The notes under the pieces: model-generated | The model's database searches: none | What the model saw: the letters and a program-made list of their open reading frames with translations, nothing else | Told to the model about the DNA's origin: nothing | Source of the DNA: Eubacteriales bacterium | Lineage (GTDB): Bacteria > Bacillota > Clostridia > Oscillospirales > CAG-272 | Length of the DNA stretch: 54,403 nt | Direction: 5' to 3' | Assembly: GCA_045659745.1 (NCBI GenBank) | Contig: JAZRCL010000094.1 | Location: forward strand, 1-54,403 | Translations under genes and position numbers: made by a program | Shown here: in pieces, positions 10,401 to 19,441 of the stretch | Layout of the letters: every line of letters begins with the position of its first letter | Numbering within the stretch: position 1 is the first letter of the stretch

Positions 10401-11217
10401 GTCATATCCCCCGTCCTTGAGACACGAAGAATTAATACTATCATCCATTCCATCAAAGGCGGCGGCATCTAAGGTGTCCGAAAAAATGCTTGACGAAAGC
10501 GTGTTCTCAAGCATTCCTCTGGGAATACTGTTCTCGCAATCCGACGAGAACGGAGAGATAAAGGATAACGAAAAAGCGGATAATGCCGAGATAATCAAAA
10601 ACAGGATTGAGCTTATGCGCTCGCAGCCTCAAAGCTTTGACAGTCTGCTTGACGCAAACAAAAAGCCTACTGCCGCCGAGCGTGGAACGGCAATGCACGC
10701 GTTCTTACAGTACTGCGATTATGAGAATATCCGTGAGAATGGACTTGAAAATGAAATATCCCGTCTGCTAAAGGACGGCTTCATTTCAAAACGTACGGCA
10801 GATATTCTCGATCGATTCCAGCTTGAAAGATTTGTTAGGAGCAAATTCTTCTCTGTTATCAAGAGTGCGAAAAATATTCGCCGAGAGTTCAAGTTCGGAA
10901 TGTTCAGACCCGCGTCGGAATTTACTCAAAATGAGGAGCTTTCATCCCTTATATCCGACAAAAAAATATTTGTTCAGGGCTCTGTTGACCTGCTGATTGA
11001 AAATCACGACGGCACAATATATCTGTGCGACTATAAGACCGACAGAATATCCCCCGAGGAACGTAAAAATCCTGAGCTTTTGCAGGCGCGTATGACTGAG
11101 GCGCACAAGCACCAGCTCGATCAGTATTCCCACGCAATAGAGCGCATTTTCGGCAAAAAGCCCGAGCGCACATATATTCTCTCGCTATCGCTTGGAGATG
11201 CAGTGGAGATAAAATAA
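7441..11217 (+). CDS. addA: ATP-dependent helicase/nuclease subunit A (AddA/RexA)
   Basis: UvrD/Rep motifs (VSAAAGSGKT, IDEYQDVN, VGDIKQSIYGFR, MHSSKGLQY, YVALTRA) and a C-terminal RecB nuclease motif (DLLIE...LCDYKTD). Confidence 0.95.
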   Translation: MAESKFTPAQQQALDISGRNVLVSAAAGSGKTFTLTQRIIKNILEKNADISKILVVTFTRAAASELKSRISSAIMDAIAQNPENTHLQKQMLSLGEAEICTIDSFLSRPVRENFEKLGLPVSMRIADDAEIAALSHSVLEDVMASLYEKYNVCDDCNLADINLNTPLTDLLSLLTTTVKDSSEIAPFLIKLHGKLITSPRGVQLLSDFAKRLRADATKGFLDTLEGELICRELDKIIEGAVAFYDKSCDFLANDSLLVTKYLPTFEGDKSELICISESKKDGYDILRERINSFPSQKLGSLKAAQKTPESIKLHESRNEIIAQIKSFRNQYLCYEEDEIRAMYLKTAEITEVLYTLLSDFDRKYMQEKVNLGIYEFSDMPRYMISLLQNEDGSPSDTAKRISEGYDEIYIDEYQDVNEIQDSIFRLISRNNRFMVGDIKQSIYGFRDAEPTFFSNYRNSYPMYSPKTEGADIPEGSTIFMSNNFRSDERVITFSNTVCAPMFEACGKSISYSSDDDLVFSKKRPDGYISPKIDVHIFAKGSPNDARKNILWAEVDDISTPESLPRDDGFDEEAVFIANRIADLIRHGKKADDTPIKPRDIAILVRKNRSIPSITKALRALNIEYLLASKSELLQSRDMTLLSELVNIIDNPRCDVPLCSVLTCESLPENVRFSMGELVSIRAHSEKNSSLYDAILTYGGDGEGDPLDTLLSRKCREITRKLTSLRSLSAKLSADKFLRALTADDMFFSFTEGDAFAFMYDSACRYTKSYWNGLSGFIRYFDNIIENGSISGEVKPVENAVNIVTMHSSKGLQYNTCFLYDCGLQFNAKDFQKSLIYDKDLCVGMHIPSRPEGEINTKKLESIIHKATVLDMQNKALQEEMRILYVALTRAEERLIISGTVAGNSTFKSFFEKYNLYGISNTSTISQPSLLGWVVGAMHIDGHNKSTYNVTLHSLLNNIRFGEPFEAEGVNSEVQNIDPKVAQYATLMSYPPSLRHEELILSSIPSKAAASKVSEKMLDESVFSSIPLGILFSQSDENGEIKDNEKADNAEIIKNRIELMRSQPQSFDSLLDANKKPTAAERGTAMHAFLQYCDYENIRENGLENEISRLLKDGFISKRTADILDRFQLERFVRSKFFSVIKSAKNIRREFKFGMFRPASEFTQNEELSSLISDKKIFVQGSVDLLIENHDGTIYLCDYKTDRISPEERKNPELLQARMTEAHKHQLDQYSHAIERIFGKKPERTYILSLSLGDAVEIK

Positions 11218-11228
11218 AAACGAAATTA

Positions 11229-11257
11229 AGGGCGTTGCGGTTGCACCGCCCTTTTTT
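11229..11257 (+). terminator. Rho-independent terminator after addA
   Basis: AGGGCG..(loop)..CGCCC stem followed by TTTTTT, 12 nt after the addA stop. Confidence 0.7.
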
Positions 11258-11347
11258 GTGTCACAATTCTACCCTTTTTGTCATAAAATGACAATAGGGA
11301 CTGCTCATGTGCAGATCCCCCTTAAAATATACAGAAAGGTATTTATT

Positions 11348-12226
11348 ATGGCACAAAATATAGAAAATCGCGCGCAGATAACCTTCAATTACGGCAACGT
11401 AACGGGTGCGTCTGCGTCATCTAACCTTGCAACAACCACCCTGCAAGGACCTCTCACCGTCACAAAAAACTCGCTGAATGCTTTTTATTCGGCTGACGAT
11501 GAGCTTACTTATATAATCACACTTGAAAACACTGGCAACTCCGCCATCGAGGACGTGACAGTCACCGACGACCTTGGCAGATTCACTCCTCCCGGAATGA
11601 CTCAGCCCGTCACTCCCCTGACCTATGTAGGCCCCGCTCAGCTTTACGTAAACGGTGTTCTCTCAAATCAGCTTACAGTGGACATAACGGGCACAGGTGA
11701 GCTTCAGTTCAACATCCCCTCTCTCCCCGGCAACTCCAACGCAATAATAGTCTATATCGTTGAGGTCAACGAGTTCGCACCGCTCTCGGTTGAGTTCGGT
11801 AGCATTACCAACGACGTGATAGCAGACGCAGACGGTCTTTGCGAATCGGGTGAGGACAGCAACACTATCAACGTTCTCCCTGCGGCAGACGTGCGGCTTA
11901 TCAAGCAGATGTCCCCCGACCCCGTAGTCTGCGGCGAGCAGATAACCTACACAATAAGCATATATAACTACGGCAATATCGCCGCAACAAACGTTCAGCT
12001 TACCGACGTATTCATTCCCGCCCCCACGGATATATCGGTATATGTAAACGGAGCCCTTCTGACAGGCAACTATACTTATGACGAGGCAAGCGGATTGCTT
12101 ACTCTCCCCACGACAACGGACGAATCCGTCACTATCCCCGCGGCGACTTACACGCGCGACACCCAGACGGGTGTTGTGACAACACAGCCCGGACTGGTCA
12201 CGGTAGTTATCACGGGAACTATTTAA
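11348..12226 (+). CDS. DUF11 (conserved repeat domain) protein, two repeats, no signal peptide
   Basis: Two copies of the DUF11-type signature (ELTYIITLENTGNSAIEDVTVTDDL and QITYTISIYNYGNIAATNVQLTDVF). The ATG at 11348 (MAQNIENRAQ) has an AAAGG RBS. The upstream 30 codons of the track ORF cover the promoter/terminator region. Confidence 0.6.
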   Translation: MAQNIENRAQITFNYGNVTGASASSNLATTTLQGPLTVTKNSLNAFYSADDELTYIITLENTGNSAIEDVTVTDDLGRFTPPGMTQPVTPLTYVGPAQLYVNGVLSNQLTVDITGTGELQFNIPSLPGNSNAIIVYIVEVNEFAPLSVEFGSITNDVIADADGLCESGEDSNTINVLPAADVRLIKQMSPDPVVCGEQITYTISIYNYGNIAATNVQLTDVFIPAPTDISVYVNGALLTGNYTYDEASGLLTLPTTTDESVTIPAATYTRDTQTGVVTTQPGLVTVVITGTI

Positions 12227-12230
12227 CTCA

Positions 12231-12267
12231 AAAAATAGGCTTTTACACCTCGGTGTAAAAGCCTTTT
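12231..12267. terminator. Bidirectional terminator between the DUF11 gene and eno
   Basis: A-run, 12-bp perfect stem GGCTTTTACACC / GGTGTAAAAGCC, then T-run. It lies between convergent stops at 12226 and 12270. Confidence 0.8.
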
Positions 12268-12269
12268 GT

Positions 12270-13592
12270 TTATTCGAAGAATTCACCGCAGAAGGTCTTT
12301 GCAGTAGGTCTTATGCTACCAAAGTTAAAGCCGTATTTTGCGGACTTGCCAAGAGAAGCCTCAATTCTTATAAGTCTGTTATATTTTGCAACTCTCTCGC
12401 TTCGGCAGGGCGCGCCCGACTTGATAAATTTCGTCCCAAGTCCTACCGCGAGGTCTGCAATAGTGGTGTCCTCGGTCTCGCCCGAGCGGTGCGACATAAT
12501 GGATATATATTCCTTTGCATACGCCGTGCTCGTGACGTCAATAACCTCCGTGAGCGTTCCAACCTGATTGGGCTTGACAAGCACTGCGTTGCCCGCCCCC
12601 AAGCCTATTCCCTCCTTGAGTCGCTTGACGTTTGTCACAAACAAGTCGTCGCCAACAAGCATACATTTGTTGCCTATACGTTCCGTAAGCTTGCTCCAAC
12701 CGGCAAAATCTCTCTGGTCTAGTCCGTCCTCAATGGAAATTATAGGGTACAGATTACAAAGCTTTTCCCAGAAATCTATCAGTCCATCTCGGTCGTATTC
12801 CATACCTCTTTTTTTGAGCTTGTAGCAGGAGTCCCCCTCGCTGTACCACTCGGATGCCGCCGCATCAAGTGCAAGCTTTACAGAATCCGAATATCCGCAA
12901 GCCTCAATGGCCCTGCATATATATTCCAATGCCTGCTCATCGGAATCAAGACTCGGCGCGTATCCGCCCTCATCCCCCACGGCTACTGATTTTTTCTCTT
13001 TTTTGAGTATCTCTCCAAGCTTGTGATATATCTCGCTTCCCATTCTGACTGCGTCCGTAAATGACGGCGCCGCGGTGGGAACTATCATAAATTCCTGTAT
13101 TTCGATATTGTTATTTGCGTGCGCTCCGCCGTTGAGAATATTCATCATAGGAATAGGAAGCACCTTTGCCTCCATTCCGCCGATAAATTTATAAAGCGGC
13201 ATACGGTAGCTGTTGGCGCAGGCTCTTGCGTTTGCAATCGACACAGCCAAAATAGTGTTTGCGCCAAGGTTTTGCTTGTTTTCCGTGCCGTCAAGCTCGC
13301 AAAGTATTCTGTCCACCTCGCTCTGCTCGGTGGCATATACCCCGATAAGCGCAGGAGAAATAGTGCGGCATACACTGTTGACTGCCGAAAGCACTCCCTT
13401 ACCATTGTATCTTGAGCTATCTCCATCACGCTTTTCAACTGCCTCGTATATACCTGTAGAAGCTCCCGACGGAACTGACGCCACGCCAAGGCTTCCGTCT
13501 GAAAGCACCACCGTCGCCTCTATCGTAGGATTTCCTCTTGAATCAAGAATTTCTCTTGCGCTGCATTTTATTATCTGCGGTTTTGTCACCAC
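12270..13592 (-). CDS. eno: Enolase (phosphopyruvate hydratase)
   Basis: AREILDSRGNPTIEATV, SGASTGIYEA, MMNILNGGAHA, IEDGLDQRDF, LVKPNQVGTLTE, SHRSGETEDTTIADLAV. GTG start with GGGGAGG 7 nt upstream. Confidence 0.97.
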   Translation of the reverse strand: MVTKPQIIKCSAREILDSRGNPTIEATVVLSDGSLGVASVPSGASTGIYEAVEKRDGDSSRYNGKGVLSAVNSVCRTISPALIGVYATEQSEVDRILCELDGTENKQNLGANTILAVSIANARACANSYRMPLYKFIGGMEAKVLPIPMMNILNGGAHANNNIEIQEFMIVPTAAPSFTDAVRMGSEIYHKLGEILKKEKKSVAVGDEGGYAPSLDSDEQALEYICRAIEACGYSDSVKLALDAAASEWYSEGDSCYKLKKRGMEYDRDGLIDFWEKLCNLYPIISIEDGLDQRDFAGWSKLTERIGNKCMLVGDDLFVTNVKRLKEGIGLGAGNAVLVKPNQVGTLTEVIDVTSTAYAKEYISIMSHRSGETEDTTIADLAVGLGTKFIKSGAPCRSERVAKYNRLIRIEASLGKSAKYGFNFGSIRPTAKTFCGEFFE

Positions 13593-13641
13593 TCTGTACC
13601 TCCCCGGTCATTGATATTACTATTCTTTCCCTTCACAACTC

Positions 13642-13670
13642 ATTATATGCGTAAAATACATTTATATGAA
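13642..13670 (-). promoter_or_regulatory. Candidate sigma-A promoter for eno
   Basis: Minus-strand TTCATA, 17 nt, TATAAT, about 45 nt upstream of the GTG start. Confidence 0.4.
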
Positions 13671-13685
13671 AATCCCGAAAGTCAA

Positions 13686-13734
13686 AAACAAAAGTCAAGC
13701 GCTCTGCTCAAAGGCTCAGAGGTGCTTGACTTTT
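13686..13734 (-). terminator. Terminator ending the glycogen operon
   Basis: Long imperfect hairpin (GTCAAGC...GCTTGAC outer stem). On the minus strand it is followed by TTTTGTTTTT. It starts 7 nt after the stop at 13741. Confidence 0.6.
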
Positions 13735-13740
13735 ATTTAT

Positions 13741-14961
13741 TTACTTTACCGTCTCAAACTTGATTTTTTGCGAAAGCTGACCGCCAAAGCATATCCAGAT
13801 ACTATCGAAGTCTTTGTCTGCGGTAATGATTTTTGCCGCGTCCTTATGCGTTCTGCAGACCGATATAGCTTTCGAATGATACTCATTCAAGTCGTAATTA
13901 TGACCGCAGACCAATATTTTGTTTATCTTTTCGTCGGGTATCGACGAGAGCAGTCTTTCTATATCCTCACTACTCTGTGCAGGAATACATACGGAGAATT
14001 TTTTGTCCTCTCCGAATATCTCGCAGAAGGTCTTATACATCAAGCAGACCTCGTCGGACTCTGCAGAGTTATCCGTTATAATGGTTGGCGTATAGGAAAT
14101 AACCTCAAACGAGCCGCAGCTTCCTGCCGACTCAACCCCCGAGAGCATCGCAGACACGGGAATTCTTATTCCCTCGCGTCGTATCGCCATAATAGCCTCT
14201 ATCGCAGTCATCGCGCAGTCGCGCATGATAAGGGAGGGAGTCTTGAGGCAAAATCCGTCTCTGCCGTTGTAATTGAAAACGAGTCGTCTTGAAGATTTTT
14301 CCACGACCTCAAACTGTGCTTTTGCGGGAATGAAAAGTCTCTGTCCCGAAGGCGCGCAGACGGTGGATATGTAATTGTAAATATCACTTCTCTGATTTCC
14401 GCTGACGACCTCGCGAGTGCCGCATCTTACCGCATCGCACAGACGGGAAATTTTCTCTGTCGCGTGCTCAGTGTCGTAAACCGTTGGTATCACGGCAAGC
14501 TCGTACGGAGCGCAAACCTTGTCAAATCGCTCGGTTCCCTCAAGAATTATAAACTCACATCCGCCAAGTCTGCACAAAAGAAGCGAAAGTACAAAAATAA
14601 TTTCTTCTCTGCAATACTCACTCTCGTAGTTTTTATTCACTTTGCTTTTCATTTCGGCAACGCACTTGTTATAGTCTTCAATAGATGGTATATCTCCACC
14701 TATAAATACTGAAGCGCGGGAATCAAGCTCGCGGGTGGAGCAAATTCTGCCTATCCTATACCCCGCCGCCTTTATCATGCCCTCAAGCAAAAGCGCGCAG
14801 CCGTGACCCGCAACGCCCTCGGGAATGTGGATGAATCTCACACCCCGGTTTATCTGTCCAAGAGAAGCACAAAGCTCGGCTATTCTTTTAACAGATATCC
14901 CATCCCCCTCCGACGCAAGTCTGAAGCCGTCTATATATTTTAATGAGTTTACGTATTTCAT
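13741..14961 (-). CDS. FolC/Mur-ligase-like protein with degenerate ATP-binding P-loop
   Basis: Collinear with folylpolyglutamate synthase, but the motifs are changed: IHIPEGVAGHGC instead of IHVAGTNGKGS, ILEGTERFD instead of ILEVGLGGRLD, and AVIPTVYDTEH instead of AVITNIGLDH. A 4-nt gap separates it from the upstream GH13 gene. Confidence 0.6.
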   Translation of the reverse strand: MKYVNSLKYIDGFRLASEGDGISVKRIAELCASLGQINRGVRFIHIPEGVAGHGCALLLEGMIKAAGYRIGRICSTRELDSRASVFIGGDIPSIEDYNKCVAEMKSKVNKNYESEYCREEIIFVLSLLLCRLGGCEFIILEGTERFDKVCAPYELAVIPTVYDTEHATEKISRLCDAVRCGTREVVSGNQRSDIYNYISTVCAPSGQRLFIPAKAQFEVVEKSSRRLVFNYNGRDGFCLKTPSLIMRDCAMTAIEAIMAIRREGIRIPVSAMLSGVESAGSCGSFEVISYTPTIITDNSAESDEVCLMYKTFCEIFGEDKKFSVCIPAQSSEDIERLLSSIPDEKINKILVCGHNYDLNEYHSKAISVCRTHKDAAKIITADKDFDSIWICFGGQLSQKIKFETVK

Positions 14962-14965
14962 TTTC

Positions 14966-16903
14966 TTAAAGTCCTTTGAAGATTTTAACCGAATTTTCAG
15001 GTATCAAAACACCTTCCGTGTGTTCTGTGCCATCAATAAGATCGAGATAGGTCTCCCCGCTCGGTATGTCAAGCAGATATTCCTCTCCTCTGTTGGCTAC
15101 AACTATAAGTCTGGAGTCACCTTTGCTACGCATAAAGCATATAGAGCTTTCGCTATGATCCAGAATACAGAAATCTCCGCCGTCAAGCGCCTGCTCGTCA
15201 CGTCTTATATAACCGAGCTTTTTGTAAAAGTCTAGTATCTCAATGCGCGCGGGAGCATCAAGCTCATGCCACGGAAAAGGCATACGGCAGAAGGGGTCGC
15301 GATAGCCCTCAAGCCCCACCTCGTCTCCGTAATAAAGCGACGGCATTCCGTAAACAGTATATTGGAGCGCCGCGGCTATTTTGAGAAGATTTATTCCTCG
15401 CTCGCGCTGTTCGTCCGAAAGTCTTGCGCAAGATAATTCTTGCATGCTTCTGTCCTCATCGCCCATATCTCTGCCAAGCACGGTAAGTATTCTTTCCGTA
15501 TCGTGAGTTCCGATTATATTCATAAGCTTGTCTGACACTTGTCTTGGATAAGACGAATATATCTCAACAAGGGTATTGTAAAGCATTTCGGCGTCTCCCC
15601 ACGTACAAAAGTCAATTATTGACGAACGCAAAGGATAATTCATAACGCTGTCAAGCTGTCTGCCCTGCAGATATCTTCTTCTCTGTCCGTATGCAGATTT
15701 TTCGGCAGCATTTTCCCAGACCTCGCCGATAATGACGGCTTGTCCGTTTGAGCACTTCTTGACGCGCTCGCGCAGTTCGTCCAAAAATTCGTCGCAAAGC
15801 TCGTCGGCAACGTCAAGTCTCCAACCACCAATTCCCATCTCGGTATATTTTTCAAGCACTCCGCCCTCGCCCGTAAAGAACTTACGGCAGCTCTCGTTTG
15901 AGTGGTTGAGTTTCGGGAGTATATCTATTCCCCACCAGGACTCATATTCATAAGGGTGGTCCTTGAAATGATACCAACCGTAATAAGAGGAGTTTTTATC
16001 GTTATATGCTCCGCCGTCTCCGTATCTGCGGCGACGGTTGAAATATACGCTGTCGTCTCCCGTGTGGTTGAAAACTCCGTCAAGAATTATGGATATGCCC
16101 TTCTCTTTTGCTTTATCTATAAGGTTTTTTAGCGCCGCCTCGCCGCCGAACATCTCGTCGACCTTCATGTAGTCGCCCGTATCGTACTTGTGATTAGAAT
16201 ACGCCTCAAACACAGGACAAAGGTATATAACGCTTACACCAAGCTCAGAGAGGTAATCCAGTTTTTCTGCCACACCCCAAAGGTTTCCGCCAAAGAACAT
16301 ATTGTTTTTGAGAGGGTCTCCTACGTGGGCGGCAAACTGAGGGATTCCGTTTTCCCAATCCTCGTTTATAATAGCATCCTTGCGGACAGGCAGACTTCTC
16401 GCCTCTTGACTCTCGCCCTTGAAAAAGCGATCGGTAAATATCTGATAGATAACTCCCTTGCCAAAGCTCTCGGGTGTTTTGTAGTCCTTTTCATACACAA
16501 GGAGCTTAAATCTTCTGCCCTCTTTTTCCGAGAGCACAAAGTCAATATTATTTATAGTGTCAGTGTAAATAGTTTTATCACCGCGCACGAATACTATCTC
16601 ATAATAAAAAAGTCCGCATCCTCTATTTCCGCACAAGGCTTGAGTATCAATAGCTAAGCAGTATATATCGCTCACACCGTCTGAGCCCTTGAATATCATG
16701 GGAATATCTCTTTGTCCTTCTCCGTCGCGGCATATACGCAACACAGGTGTGGTTATCCCCAAAATACGAGATATTGACACCTCGAGATCAACTATCGCGC
16801 CACAACAAAACGCGCCCATGTTTGAAACGTCGCGCGCGCCCTCAAATTTTCGTATATTTACGTCTGCATACTCGTCTATCTGTGAAAAAAGCTTGGGAAG
16901 CAT
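14966..16903 (-). CDS. Glycoside hydrolase family 13 (neopullulanase / cyclomaltodextrinase-like alpha-amylase)
   Basis: The four GH13 regions are present: ILDGVFNHTG, GGWRLDVADE, IIGEVWENA, NIIGTHDTER. An N-terminal beta-domain precedes the catalytic barrel. Confidence 0.88.
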   Translation of the reverse strand: MLPKLFSQIDEYADVNIRKFEGARDVSNMGAFCCGAIVDLEVSISRILGITTPVLRICRDGEGQRDIPMIFKGSDGVSDIYCLAIDTQALCGNRGCGLFYYEIVFVRGDKTIYTDTINNIDFVLSEKEGRRFKLLVYEKDYKTPESFGKGVIYQIFTDRFFKGESQEARSLPVRKDAIINEDWENGIPQFAAHVGDPLKNNMFFGGNLWGVAEKLDYLSELGVSVIYLCPVFEAYSNHKYDTGDYMKVDEMFGGEAALKNLIDKAKEKGISIILDGVFNHTGDDSVYFNRRRRYGDGGAYNDKNSSYYGWYHFKDHPYEYESWWGIDILPKLNHSNESCRKFFTGEGGVLEKYTEMGIGGWRLDVADELCDEFLDELRERVKKCSNGQAVIIGEVWENAAEKSAYGQRRRYLQGRQLDSVMNYPLRSSIIDFCTWGDAEMLYNTLVEIYSSYPRQVSDKLMNIIGTHDTERILTVLGRDMGDEDRSMQELSCARLSDEQRERGINLLKIAAALQYTVYGMPSLYYGDEVGLEGYRDPFCRMPFPWHELDAPARIEILDFYKKLGYIRRDEQALDGGDFCILDHSESSICFMRSKGDSRLIVVANRGEEYLLDIPSGETYLDLIDGTEHTEGVLIPENSVKIFKGL

Positions 16904-16964
16904 AAGGTCCTCGTCTGATATTATTTATATGGGGGAAACCTTTTGGGCTTCCCCCTTACGTCTA

Positions 16965-19391
16965 TTATTTTATAGGCTTGATATTCCAGAATTTCTCTGC
17001 GTACTCGTCAATACACCTGTCTGCCGCAAAGTAGCCGGACGCCGCAGTGTTAAGAAGCGACATTCTCGACCAGTTATTGCAGTCCGCGTATGCGGAGATA
17101 AGTCTGTCGTGAGTGAGTCTGTAAGACTCGAAATCAGCAAGACACATGAACGGGTCTGCTACGCCGTAGCCCGACGCGAGAAGATAAGTTGCTATATCAG
17201 CAAAGGACTCGCCTGCAAATCCGATATAGAGCTGATTGATTATCTTCTTGAGTCTTTCGTTGTTCGCATAGAACTCGGTGGAGTGATATCCACGTGCCCA
17301 GAGGTCCTCAACCTCCTTTGCGGTCATACCGAAGATATACATATTATCCTCGCCTACTGCCTGAAGCATCTCTATGTTAGCGCCATCAAGAGTACCGATG
17401 GTAAGCGCGCCGTTTATCATAAGCTTCATACAGCCAGTACCACTCGCTTCCTTACCCGCAAGAGATATCTGCTCGGATATTTCCGCAGAGGGTATGAGTA
17501 TCTCAGCCGTTGTGACGTCATAGTTTTCAAGGAATACAACGTCTATCTTCTCCTTGATCTCGGGATGAGAATCAATATCCTTGGAGAGTGCGCAGATAAG
17601 CTGAATTATTCTCTTTGCCATCTGGTAGCCGGGGGCTGCCTTTGCACCGAAAATAAACGTCTGAGGCTGGATCTCAATATTGGGATTATTCCTTATATCA
17701 ATATAAAGTCCGATGATATTGAGCACGTTGAGAAGCTGGCGCTTGTACTCGTGAAGTCTCTTTATCTGCACGTCAAAGACAGTGTGTGTATTGAGCTTCT
17801 TACCCGACTTATTATAAAGATGCTCTGCAAATTTTACTTTGTTTTCGTGCTTTATTTTGCGTATCTGCTCAAGCACTGCCGCATCGTCCGCAAACTTTGC
17901 AAATTCAGAAAGCTCGACGGGATTGTGTCTGTATCCCGTGCCGATGGTCTCGTCAAGAAGGCTTGCAAGCTCAGGGTTTGAGTAGCAAAGCCAACGGCGG
18001 TGAGCTATACCGTTTGTGACGTTGTCAAATCTGTTGGGATACATGTTGTAAAAGTCGTTGAATACGCTCTTTTTGAGAATATCGGAGTGAAGCTTGGATA
18101 CACCGTTCACAGAGTGAGAACCGACTACCGAAAGATTAGCCATTCTGACTGTGCCGTATCCCACGATGCTCATATTGGATATTCTCTGCCAGTTGCCAGG
18201 GAATGCCTGCCAAGCCTCACGGCAGAATCTCTCGTTTATCTCGCAAACGATCTGATACATTCTGGGAAGTTTGAGTCTGAAAAGATCCTCATTCCACTTC
18301 TCAAGAGCCTCAGGAAGAACCGTGTGGTTGGTATAAGAGCAGATCTTTACCACCTTGCTCCAAGCCTCCTCCCAAGAATAGAAATACTCGTCGATGAGTA
18401 TTCTCATAAGCTCGGGGATACAGAGTGCGGGATGGGTATCGTTAATGTGTATTGCCACCTTGTCCTCAAGGTTCTGGAGCGTACCGTAGGTCGCCATATG
18501 GTCACGGATAATGCTCTGAACCGATGCGGAAACAAGGAAGTACTGCTGGGAAAGACGGAGGAGCTTGCCCTCTTCGTGATTGTCAGAGGGATAAAGTACC
18601 TTGCAGATAGCCTCTGCTCTCGTGCTGTTCTGCACAGCCTGAGCATACTGTCCCTGTGTGAAAAGTCCCATATTGAAGTTGTGTATATCTCTTGCCTTCC
18701 AAAGACGGAGACGGCTTGCAGATTTACTGTCAGCGCCCGATATCATCATATCGTAAGGTATAGCCTCTATCTCCTCGGCATCCTCGTAATAGACCTCCAT
18801 ATGCCCCTCGGTCCATCTTTCCTTTACCTTTCCGCCAAAGCGCACGACAAAGGGACGGTCAGTTCTCGGAACGAGCCATACGTCTCCGCCGGGGAGCCAT
18901 ACATCGGGAAGCTCTACCTGCATACCGTCAACTATCTTCTGCTTGAATAAGCCGTATTCATAGCAGAGAGAAAATCCGGTCGCAGGATAGTCAAGAGACG
19001 AGAGAGAATCCATAAAGCACGCCGCAAGTCTACCAAGACCGCCGTTACCAAGTCCCGCATCGGGCTCGCAGTCGTAAAGCGAATCAAGCTCTACGCCAAA
19101 ATTTCCGAGAGCCTTTTCGTACTCGTCAACGAGTCCAAGGTTGTGAAGGTTAGTCTTGAGCGAGCGACCAAGCAAAAATTCCATGCACATATAGTACACT
19201 CTCTTTGCTCCCTGCTTATTTACTTCTTTTTTGAATGCGCCTCTTTTTTCCGTGAGAATGTCTCTTACGGTGATGGCTACTGCCTTATACATCTGCTCCT
19301 TTGATGCTTCGGCAGGTGTACAGCCAAAGTATCTTGCGAGCTTTACTTCTATATTTTCTTTGATTTGCGTTGAATGGAGATTGCTGTTCAT
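16965..19391 (-). CDS. glgP: Glycogen/maltodextrin phosphorylase
   Basis: GT35 motifs are present, including the PLP site region EISLAGKEASGTGCMKLMINGALTIGTLDGANIE. The ATG at 19391 (MNSNLH) has GGAAAGG 7 nt upstream. The alternative ATG at 19424 has no RBS. Confidence 0.93.
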   Translation of the reverse strand: MNSNLHSTQIKENIEVKLARYFGCTPAEASKEQMYKAVAITVRDILTEKRGAFKKEVNKQGAKRVYYMCMEFLLGRSLKTNLHNLGLVDEYEKALGNFGVELDSLYDCEPDAGLGNGGLGRLAACFMDSLSSLDYPATGFSLCYEYGLFKQKIVDGMQVELPDVWLPGGDVWLVPRTDRPFVVRFGGKVKERWTEGHMEVYYEDAEEIEAIPYDMMISGADSKSASRLRLWKARDIHNFNMGLFTQGQYAQAVQNSTRAEAICKVLYPSDNHEEGKLLRLSQQYFLVSASVQSIIRDHMATYGTLQNLEDKVAIHINDTHPALCIPELMRILIDEYFYSWEEAWSKVVKICSYTNHTVLPEALEKWNEDLFRLKLPRMYQIVCEINERFCREAWQAFPGNWQRISNMSIVGYGTVRMANLSVVGSHSVNGVSKLHSDILKKSVFNDFYNMYPNRFDNVTNGIAHRRWLCYSNPELASLLDETIGTGYRHNPVELSEFAKFADDAAVLEQIRKIKHENKVKFAEHLYNKSGKKLNTHTVFDVQIKRLHEYKRQLLNVLNIIGLYIDIRNNPNIEIQPQTFIFGAKAAPGYQMAKRIIQLICALSKDIDSHPEIKEKIDVVFLENYDVTTAEILIPSAEISEQISLAGKEASGTGCMKLMINGALTIGTLDGANIEMLQAVGEDNMYIFGMTAKEVEDLWARGYHSTEFYANNERLKKIINQLYIGFAGESFADIATYLLASGYGVADPFMCLADFESYRLTHDRLISAYADCNNWSRMSLLNTAASGYFAADRCIDEYAEKFWNIKPIK

Positions 19392-19441
19392 TAAAGGACC
19401 TTTCCATGACGGCATATCCGTCATCTAAAAATGATAAATTA

